NCBI RefSeq assembly: GCF_036588685.1 | Contig: NC_086386.1 | Coordinates: forward strand, 15,376,001-15,440,000 | Origin: Mytilus trossulus | Lineage: Eukaryota | Direction: 5' to 3' | DNA length: 64,000 bases | Shown here: positions 53,862 through 64,000 of the stretch, one piece after another | Position numbering within the stretch: the first letter of the stretch is position 1 | Layout of the letters: each line of letters begins with the position of its first letter | The notes under the pieces: model-generated | Databases searched by the model: none | Told to the model about the DNA's origin: nothing | The model's input: only the letters and a program-made list of their open reading frames with translations | Translations under genes and position numbers: made by a program

Positions 53862-54040
53862 GCCTTAGCTGTATTGGCAAAACTTTTAGGAATTTTTGGT
53901 CATTAATGCTCTTCAACTTCGTACTCTATTTGACCTTTTAAACATTTTTTGTTTCGAGCGTCACTGATGGGTCTTTTGTAGACGAAACGCGCGTCTGACG
54001 TTAATATAAAATTTTAGTCCTGGTATCTATGATGAGTTTA
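53862..54040 (+). mobile_element. Partial retrozyme-like copy; hammerhead at 53956-54002 has one core change (CTGATGG)
   Basis: GAGCGTCA-CTGATGG-GTCTTTTGTAGAC-GAAA-CGCGCG-TC-TGACGTT. Confidence 0.75.
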
Positions 54041-54825
54041 TTATCGCATGGTGATTTTTTCTAATATGAATGTCATTGTGCAATAAAATTTATTTTTAGA
54101 CATCTGATGATTAACTTAGACTTCATATGGTTAAGAACAGCAAATAGTTATAGGAAGATGTGGTATTATAAGAACAGCACGATTATTCCTGAATTTTTTA
54201 TAGGCTATTTTATGTTTGACTGTCCGTTTTTTCATAGATAAATCGACCAAAGGTCAAGAAATAATGTAATGTTAACAAAGATATTTAAATCTTTTACACA
54301 AATTTGTTGATGCATTTTACCAAAAAGTATGACGACAGACATGTGGATTTTATTTGATCTCTTGATTAACATTTTCAGAAAAGGTATCAGCAATTTGATA
54401 TAACATGCTTCCTACCGATTAAGTGTAATAGAATACTTTAGTATTCTTAACGTTTCAATCTTTCTCAATTATGCTTTAAATGTAAAGATTAAAAGCAAAT
54501 AAAACTCCCTATATATGTCATAAGGAAATAATTAAATGATTACAACCTATCAGTACCTTTAACAATAATATACAGATCAAACAAGCATGTATGCATGTCT
54601 GTTGAACTACGAATCAATGTCCTTAGTTTATGACCCTGTGCTTCTTTCTTCAAGATTGGCATTGATTCATACATGTTTGAATCTATAATACAAAAATATC
54701 TAGTCGATATTGTCATCTTTATTTTAACTTTTCTAAAAAACGTAAAAAACATTTAATTTTTAATTTTCATCAACCGTTTAAAATTCATAATCATTTAAAC
54801 ATTAGAAAGTGATTGCATTCTTTCT

Positions 54826-57800
54826 CTAAAATTTGTATAGGCATATTTCTCCAACAATGGTTGCATATTCAGTCTCAGTTTCTTCATCGGTTAGCACTGA
54901 TTTACATGAGCTATAATCATCAGTACTATTGCGTTGTCCTCGCAGAGGCTCATACAGATTTTGGGAGGTATCATCTACAGCTTTCGTACTACTTGTTGAA
55001 TAGTTTTCATACCAATTTTCCTCTTCTTTTCTCCCAGCATTTTCATAGAGTGATGCAGTAAAGATATTGAGATGATTTCCCGTGTCTCTCGAATATGGAT
55101 CAGAATTTTCGACACAGCGAGATCTGAGATTCAGTTGTTCATTGATGTCGCTTTGCAAAGTGATAGATTCATTAATATTCTCATAATTATTTGTCTTTTC
55201 ATTTAGCATATTCATACGTTGGTCTACTACTTCGGATTCCGCAGTGTGAGTCATAACGTTAACATGAATACTTTTGCTTAGATACTCCTTAAATATCAGA
55301 AAAATGACTACAATTATCATTGTACTACCGATCACTATTATTATAATTTGCGGGAGAAAAGCACTGTTTAAAAACTGACCTGAAAAAGAGCAGTATTTAT
55401 TTACGCTGTGTTCAAGAACGAATGCAATACTAATCAAAATCTGTTTTTTTGCGTATGACTTGTTGATTTATTGTCGTATCACCTTATTGACCGTCATGTA
55501 TTTGACATCATTGAAATGGTGTTCACAAAAATATTTCAAACACTGCAGTGTATCATATATTTTCGTATTGTCCATGGTGTGACTGCCATAAAAACTTAAA
55601 AGTAAATCCTTGGTTGTAACTAATACATGGCAAATATGTATAAGAAAAGGCAAATATTCTATGACTTGACGTTGAAAGGCAATGCATATACATATAATAA
55701 CGCGTCGCACGGTATATCAAGTTTACATGAAGCTCGGTATAAAATGTACGGATACTGCGATTTGTTGTTCATGTCAAAAAAGAAATTGAAAAATCATGAA
55801 ACGGTCGACGGACGGAAATAAGTTAAACAGTATGAAACATCATTCCGAGCGGTATATTACACAGTAGATTTGATTTTTGGGTACACTTTGACAACTCTAT
55901 ATAGACAGCTGATTTCACTTTGGTATTTTTTTGCTAAATTGAAGGAACCATCTAACACAATGCTTGATTCAAGCGACAACCAGATGTTGATTACAAACCT
56001 CAAAGAAGAAAACGCGTCACAGTAACTGTAACACTGTATAAATGAAAGTAGTTATCGAAAAGAAATTTTCATACATGTTCAACTTAATTGAAAATCGCGT
56101 GGCATGTGTTTTTGTCTCTTGCCTGCAGAATAAACATTTGGACCAGCATAATGGTAATATGAAATGGAGATTGTTTTAAAGCAAGTTGATTAATCATAAC
56201 ACTCTGTTGAGCATTGTTTTTTTTCATAATTCAAATGTATAGAAATAGATTATTCTCGTACATGTATATGCAGTATTTCTGGTTGTCGGTTGAATAAAGC
56301 TTTTTTGCTAAATGGTTCCTTCAATTGAGTGTGCACGACATATGCTTCTATACTTGTTCTTATTAAATGAAATCAGCACTGAAAATCATTTTCCAAATTA
56401 ATTTGGATGTGATCCAATGTGGCTTAAAGTTATGATAATAAGGATGTTCTTATCCTAGGCAGAAAACCCTAGTCTTATTAGGCACAATCTTTTGGAACTT
56501 TTGGTCCTCAATGCACTTCACCTTTGTACTTAATTTGGCTTTCGAACTTTTTTCATCAGAGCGTCACTGGTTAGGCTTGTGTGGACGAAACGCGGATCTG
56601 GCGTATTAAATTTTAAACCAGGTCCCTTATTGAGCTATATATGTTCTCCCATTTATTTGTATTGTGGTCCTGTCATGTAAATTTGTCATTTTAATGTTAT
56701 ATTTAACATTGCCATACAAGTTGCAGGTTTGGTATTCAGAACAGCTGTATACTACTGTTGCCTTTATTTAGTCTATTCGAAAAACTCAACAAGAATAAAA
56801 AAAAATAGTTACCTTTTAACATTGTACTAAGTCAAACAATTGAATACAACCATTGATAAACATATCTATTCTTGCATGTATTGAAAAAAAAATAACATTT
56901 TATTCATTGGGAAAACGTCAATTTATAAGTTAAGGGAAAATACAAAAAAATGAGTTAAACATGACTTACTAAGGTGAATATTTAATATAGTTAAAGTTAT
57001 ATATGAGTTTTTTTTAAAGGCTGGAACAATTGAGATGTATGTTCTATCAAACGTTGATGTAACAAATTCTTTCAAGTATTGGTTGTAACACTATTTTTTT
57101 GGTCAAAATCGACTACGGTTGAAGTATGTAAAAAGTAAAATCACCCCTAAAAAAATCCGATGAAAATTCAAAAGTCCCAATAAAAAAGTAAAACCAAAAG
57201 CTCAAACACATCAAACGAATGGATAACAACTGTTTATAATGTAACAAACAGTGGTATAAACCTGGTTTTATAGCTAGTTAAAACTCTTACTTGTATGACG
57301 GTCGAATCAAATTCCATTATATTGACAACAATGCGTGAAGAAAACAAACAGACATATTATCTAAATTGCATAAATTAGGCCGTTAGTTTTCTCGTTCGAA
57401 TTGTTTTGCATTTGTCATTTCGGGGCCTTTTATAACTGACTATGCGGTATGACCTTTCTCATTCATGAAGGCCGTACAGTGACCTATAGTTTTCCATTTC
57501 TGCGTCATCTGGTCTCTTATAGATTTTTTCATAGCTTTATTATTGATAAGTTAAAGTTCTCAAAAACTATTAAAAAATAAATAAGAATTTATAAGACTAT
57601 AACAATGGCTTATACTTGCATTTTGAACAAAAAAGTCATGTAAAAGATTTATAAAAAAAAATGAGCTAAATTTTTTAAGGCATTCAAATGAATAAAACAA
57701 GAGGATTTCAAAACATCTGACAAAAATTCCTAAACATGACGAGCGAACATCCTTAAAACAAACAAATATGTAACAAAGAAGCACACAAAGGCATATAGAT

Positions 57801-59499
57801 GAGGCACAGTAGCAAAAATTAAAGACAAAAATACAAAAATTTACAATAGCACAATAACATAATGACGGTTTGTAAGTACAGAGCCACGCCATACGTATCA
57901 AAGAAACGCAAACGACATATAGACAAAGCACATTTGCAAAATGAAAGACAAGGAATTTAAGTGGTTTAATATACTATGACAGACGATGAAATGTACAAAT
58001 GTCCCGTGTAATTGAAATTCTTCCAATTTACTCCATATTTATTTCCCTATAAGATGTTATTTTGATTTTAAATGAAAGCTGATAAATAACTCTTTCATTT
58101 TATAGCAAATATTTGCTGTTATCTTCATTAGGAATTAATTATCAGCGTTCCCGTGTTTGAGAATGGAAAAATCGGAAAGTCACTCTTTTTCGCAATTTTA
58201 CAAAACAAACTGGACGCAGGATAACTCTACAACAGGTCTAAAATGATAATATAATGTTTACTCTGTCATCATCCAGATTTACAGCCGTGAGATGTGCTCC
58301 ATTAAACTCTAAACTTAAGAGACTTTTACTTGATTATTTTGTCAGTATTTGATATCTTCTCGGTTCCATTTAAGGTTATTTGATTGATTGATTTTTTTTA
58401 TTTTAATCATATAATATTATTTATTTCATTGTGATTTTCTTAATGAATGCGATATTTTTTATAATTAATTACCATTATCTACATTCACAAAATCTGTTGG
58501 AGCAAAAATTGTATTTTTTGTAAACTCATCCGTTCTAGCCACTACAAAAAAAACACCACTGGATTGTTAGTTATAAACCAATTTAATTATTGATCAGTAA
58601 TTTTCAAAACATTATATATATATATATTGAAAATGTATACATTTTATTTCATCAAGGTGTGTGGAAAAAAAGCGGGGTTAAGTATAAATCCATAGAATTT
58701 GTTTTATAATTTGTCAAAATGTAGATTACAACATCCTTTTTTTTAGTATAATAAAAGTATAGGTCACTGGGCTTTTTATGCTATGCGTGGTGCAAAATTT
58801 GTCTGATTTTGTATTGATTTCGCATGGAAACCCCAATATAGTATGATGAAAAGAAAACTACACCATATAATTTAAAGATAAAATGTAAGAAGACAGCCAA
58901 GACTAATAATATGCGTTCAGAGAAAGAAAAAAGAAAAAAAGGTGTTCCTACGCTCGTTTTCTCGCTACACAATAAAATATGTAAATTCACATCACATTCT
59001 ATTATAAAAATCACTTCATCTGAGTGATCTCCCCTTATATCAAAGTTACCCCCCCTTATGAGTTATTTGGCAATGTTGAAAAAAAGGTGAATCGCACAAA
59101 ATATTCTGTTTTTTTGTTGTTGTGAAATACAGCCGTAAATATGATAAAACACATTTTAGTATATCAACATGAAAAGTCTTACACAAGAATTTGCAGATTT
59201 CATTTCAGATCTGGACCGATTGTAATGATATACTTTTTCAAAATCCAAGACGGAGGAAGACACCCTAGTCACCTTAAACATTGATAACAACTGATATGTA
59301 GGGACCAAAAATTACCGTACACTCACAAACTATTTTTCTTATCCAATTCATAATTAATTTTATTTATAGTACTAAGTAGTCGATATTCATAATTTTGAAA
59401 CTTTTGTAATGACTACCTCATTATTTTACAATTACTTACCATCATCATAATTTGTTGGAGCAACATTTGTATTTTCAGTATACCCGTTCATTCTTGACA
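54826..59499 (-). CDS. 3' part of a type I membrane receptor with Tyr-motif-rich tail. Exons 59499-59440, 58541-58473, 55379-54826; 5' exons unresolved
   Basis: The last exon follows CTCTTTTTCAG and encodes TM IIIIVIGSTMIIVVIFLIF then K, with tail motifs YENI, YENA, YENY, YEPL and TEYATI. Two homologous phase 1-1 stalk exons have AG/GT ends. Confidence 0.75.
56440..56635 (+). mobile_element. Partial retrozyme-like copy with degenerate hammerhead (56559-56605)
   Basis: GAGCGTCACTGGTTAGGCTTGTGTGGACGAAACGCGGATCTGGCGTA plus homologous upstream body. Confidence 0.65.
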
Positions 59500-60828
59500 C
59501 TACAAAATAAACAGGACAAATGAATTTTATATAATTTGTTTATTATGAATCTTTGTGTTTTTGAAATCACAAATTGATTATCTCTATTCATTCCATAGTT
59601 TCTTTTAAGTGTTGTCGTTTTATATTAACTTTTGTGTTATTGTGTGTAGAATTGTTCACTGTCATTATGTAAAAGTCATGTTTATTACATTAAAATTTGA
59701 TGTGTATTTCTTTATTATATTACGCATATAAGCTGGTTTTCTCCTTGAACCAAAATATCAGTGTTATTAAAAACAAACAAGACGATCAATACCGTGCATG
59801 AATATTTAAGCGGGAGCATGATTCAACATACAAAATCATCTTTGTCTCTTTCGGGACCCGAACCCGGCATTATTAATGATGTATTTTTAATTTTGTTATA
59901 TCTTTCAAAACAAGAGAAAGACAAATTCATATCATTTCTTATTTTACATATGACTGGCTTGATGAAAACATAATTTGTATAAATTACATTTAAGAAATTC
60001 TGCTTAATTTGGAATAAATGTCCCATTTGTTTTAAAAGAGCTGTGTCTTGTTTTATTGTAGTAGGCATAAAAGGTATGTTCAGTATTGATTTTAATTCTT
60101 TTATTTTTATTTTATGACTCTGAAATTTGCCTTATTTGAAATTTATGACGTATTGTATGACAAACAAATAATTGCTCTTGTCTCAAAATTCAAGGAAAAC
60201 ACGTCCTCAAACAAAGTTGACTTTAAATTGTGGACTTCGTTGTTTTGAATGTAATTGAAAACTTTATATATTTTCATTATTTTATTAAATTCATCAAGTG
60301 ATTATTTTTCCTGGAAACCAGCGTGCTTACTGATATCTTTCATGTGTAGTGATAAACGGCTGAAACAAAATTTAGTAAATCAAATCAAAATCTGCTGTTG
60401 AAGAAAATTTTCTACTAGGTATAATGGTTATTAAGGACTAAACAAAAACATAAGTTGCATACGAAGGTTTTTGTTATTTGCATATTACTCATCCTCATTT
60501 TCTTGTTAAAAAACTTAAATGAGAACATTATTGCATACTTGTCAACTGCTATATATATTGTTGCCAATCTTAATCACTTTAAAAAAAAATATGTCATCAA
60601 AGAAAACAAAATAGCACATTAGCAAAAATGAAAGACAAAAATACAAAATAATACCATAGTACAACAACATATTGGCGGATGCCAAATGATTTTACAAAAA
60701 ATGAACAAAACAGTAAAGGTTAATAAGATACAAAGACATATAAAAGAACACATCAACATTTAAATAAGATGATAAATAACGTCAGTACCTAGAATCTACA
60801 CTTTACGACCATCATGTATTATTTTTAA

Positions 60829-61300
60829 AGAGGGACGAAAGATACCAAAGGGACAGTCAAACTCGTTAATCTAAAACAAACTGACAACGCCATGGCTAAA
60901 AATTAAAAAGACAAACAGAAAAACAATAGTACACATGACACAACATAGAAAACTAAAGAATAAACAACACGAACCTCACCAAAACCTAGGGGTGATCTCG
61001 GGTGCTCCGGAATGGTAAGCAGATCCTGCTTCACATGCGGCACCCGTCGTGTTGCTTATGTGATTACAAATCCGGTAAATAGTCTAATTCGGTAGGTCAA
61101 ATTCATGAAAGGGAAGGGGATTGTAGTTACGACGCAAGGAACATATCCGATATCATTTGTGAAACGGTTATTCCATAAAGGTCAACCAACTCGTGATGGC
61201 GTCCGTAAAATTTCAAAGGGATGATTTCAACTTCACCATTTGGAACTCTTGGTTTAATAGCTTCCTTGTGAGCAGTAACCCTCTATCAAGAAAATCATTT
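60829..61300 (-). mobile_element. Penelope-like retroelement 3' fragment
   Basis: DFLDRGLLLTRKLLNQEFQMVKLKSSL*NFYGRHHELVD plus a 3' region homologous to 40910-41660. Confidence 0.65.
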
Positions 61301-62054
61301 CACATGTATTAATTACAATAATTTAAAGCAAAAGTTATTTTTCCATAACAACTTGAGAAAAGTCAAATTAAAAAAAAAAGGTTAGGACTCTATTATTTTT
61401 ATTTATGTATATCCTGTTGTGATCAGGAGTTGTATAAGTATACTGTTTATCATCATTTGAAGAAATAAAATTAAAAATTTAAAAGGGCAGGTGTCTTAGA
61501 GACAACGACCAGGCCAAAGAGCAGAAAACATTCGGAGGCCACATATGGGTATCCAATACAGCGAGACAATTCCGCAACCGGTGGCTTGCTTAAGTTAGCC
61601 CCTAAACATAATTGTGTACTAGTTAAGGAATGCATAAAACATATACATAATATAAGTTAACAAAAACATTTTCAAAGATTTTTAATAATATATGCATAAA
61701 AACATCCAAAAACAAGTTTATCAGTACATTTATTAGTAGTTTGATGTGAGCAAATCATTTTCGCAAATGGTCTTCATGAAAAAAATCACTCGCACTGAAC
61801 TTTATACAAACTTAACGTAATTTTGTAATCATGAGATTCGTGCGAACTTAATACTAGCAAAAGGAGAAACATTTTAACCAACTTTAAATTTTATTCAGAT
61901 ATCATAATGTTTTTGAATATTACTATGCACTAAGTAGGCAAGATCATAAATTTTTTAATAGGCAATTATCTGGCGTTTTATTTGAATGCATAATTCAAGT
62001 TGTATTAATGAAGTTGTCATCCTCTCAACGGACATTTTTCTAACCAACCTTTAA

Positions 62055-62676
62055 GGGCATACGATACAGTTTTAATCCCATATTGAAATGATGATGAAAA
62101 TTTGCATATAGGCTATTTTATACCTGATTAAGTCAAATAAGTAATAAAATAAATACCTGTATATGTGCTACTGTTTGAGTAAAATGAGGTCGAAATTTCA
62201 GATATTTGCACAAAATTCGGATTTGTGGACGTATTTTCCCTTTCGAAAAAAATACATAACTTTTTTTATTTTAAAAGATAAACACAAGCTGTATTTTGTT
62301 AAATTATCAGTAATATCTGTTTTATGAAAATATTCTTTAAATTTAAGCATTTTATTTTTACAAATAACTCATATTTATCAAATATTCATGAATGTTGTAA
62401 AAAACGTCATCGTCTGCTGCATATTTATATAATTAAAATAAAATTGCGTTCTTGACACTTTTTTGAAAATTGGTACAAATAATCTTCATACGTTATCAAA
62501 ACAAATGTCATTTTAAAAAAGAGGTGTACATGTACTCGTTTTCAAATTAAATCAATTTGAATGATAAAAATCAGTCTAAATTAACATCTTTTCCCGCTAT
62601 GTCACAGTTTGACGTTGCGAAAATAACATTTTACGTTAGCAACGTCATTAGCTCCCCTGTAACTTATCGCATGCCC
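62055..62676. mobile_element. Kolobok-like MITE
   Basis: TTAA|GGGCATACGATACAGTT ... AACTTATCGCATGCCC|TTAA. Confidence 0.8.
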
Positions 62677-62741
62677 TTAACGTATCTTTTTTGTCTATCT
62701 TCTATGTCTACTGTTTTTATTGCATGGCTTTTCTGTACTTA

Positions 62742-62812
62742 CCAACACACTTCCCGTTCTTCTCTACTTCGCTGTCGTCACATCAGTAATACACGATTTA
62801 CTAAAGAGTACA
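62742..62812 (-). pseudogene. Possible decayed exon paralogous to exon 2 of the plus-strand EGF gene
   Basis: VYY*CDDSEVEKNGKCV with a phase-1 GTAAGT donor, versus KYYCCTNAIEKNGRCE; in-frame stops present. Confidence 0.45.
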
Positions 62813-63225
62813 CTGAAAAAAATATAAAAAAAAACATATCAACGTTTTGTTTTAATCTAAGTGACCTGTAATTAAACTAACATTTGCACGATTCATAAAA
62901 TTGAATACCTTTTGATTCTCTTTTGATAAGAGATCCCGAAAAGTAGAATAAACCTAGAACATTTTTTTTGGAATTCCATCTGGGTAATAGTTTTTGTGTT
63001 AACGGATTACGGAAATAATTCTTTGGAAAATTTATTGCATCGGAACACACAGACGGAAGTACTTTATATTTTTTCATAGATGAGTCTGTCAATAGTTGGT
63101 CATGCAATTATTAATTTCACTAATAATCACGTACCCACTTTGCATAATGTTATTCTATTTTAGAACTAGTTTTCCATTTTGACTCTTATTACGACAATGT
63201 CAATTGCAAAAAGATTAAACCTACT

Positions 63226-63229
<4 letters not shown>

Positions 63230-63263
<34 letters not shown>

Positions 63264-63270
63264 ACACACA
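63230..63270. repeat. (CA)n microsatellite
   Basis: Direct read, one interruption. Confidence 0.95.
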
Positions 63271-64000
63271 AAACATATGAACAATGTGTTTTCCATGTTA
63301 ATAATTCAATTTAAAGGGAAATTTCGCAAAAAAAATCAAAAATTGATATTATGTTCATTCGGTATAAAAATGATCAAATTGATAGATTTTAAAGTTTTAT
63401 TCCGCTAGATAAGCGATCACCATCGATTTTAAATTTAGAGTATCATATCTCTACGTTCAACCATTTTGTCTTCCCTCCCGGTTAATAAAATCGATATGTC
63501 TTAAAACCCAAAAGGAACAAAACTACAGTAACCGATGTAGTCGTATTTGCGTGTCGATATCTTGTCAATCGTACGGTTGTTTTATCCGACTTACTAACTT
63601 GATACGGAAAATATTTTCTTATTTTTTTCAAATTACCATGGTCTGTTGTTTTTAAACTGTTGATATTGGAATTAGGTAAAAAGTCAAAGTTGAAATCATA
63701 AATAAGTGTTCCGTGAAAATTGTTTTCGAAAATCTAATTTGTTCATAATTCTTTAAAGTAATAAACTTATTTCAAATAACTTTTAATCTTCCCTCATCTG
63801 ATCACCAGCATGGCTAAAGGTATAACTTTCAAAGGTATTGTGAGGGGTGTGAGGTGACACGTCCAGGTATTCAAGCGATTTCCTGTCGGGCTTGCAAGTT
63901 CATGCATCGTTTCACTTCTGCATGTATTGATCAGTGTACACGGCTGATAACTTATAACTTTCCATTTTGAACTATCAGATGTATAATATACAACTCTGTC

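Noticed and set aside
60321-60349. 29-nt candidate exon for the minus-strand receptor
   Set aside because: Splice sites are plausible, but no upstream partner exon or homology supports it.
62782-62786. Selenocysteine TGA at a Cys-aligned position
   Set aside because: Additional TAG/TAA stops occur just upstream in the same frame and no SECIS was identified; decay is the simpler explanation.

Overview
AT-rich, intron-containing animal DNA. The repeat families and gene types resemble a bivalve, probably Mytilus (inferred, not database-checked). Three spliced genes for type I membrane receptors can be reconstructed by hand from GT-AG sites and reading phase; the ORF track mostly misses them. 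(1) A minus-strand gene from 23498 running off the window start encodes signal peptide + TNFR-like Cys-rich ectodomain + transmembrane helix + nSTAND3-like P-loop NTPase + at least 15 ankyrin repeats, i.e. an apparent membrane-anchored STAND/NLR-like receptor. (2) A complete 6-exon plus-strand gene (43689-51554, 214 aa) encodes a small MEGF/SCARF-like EGF receptor with a YEDI tail. (3) A convergent minus-strand receptor (54826 to at least 59499) has tandem stalk exons and a Tyr-rich tail ending in an ITSM-like TEYATI. The rest is mobile DNA: a disrupted CR1/L2-type LINE with a 2A-like motif and a nested Helentron-like element, an Academ-like XPG transposase relic, Penelope-like fragments, a Deu-type tRNA SINE and many MITEs. 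There is also a family of ~357-nt retrozyme-like repeats carrying minimal type I hammerhead ribozymes. One intact hammerhead lies sense-oriented in the intron joining the membrane and NTPase halves of gene 1.
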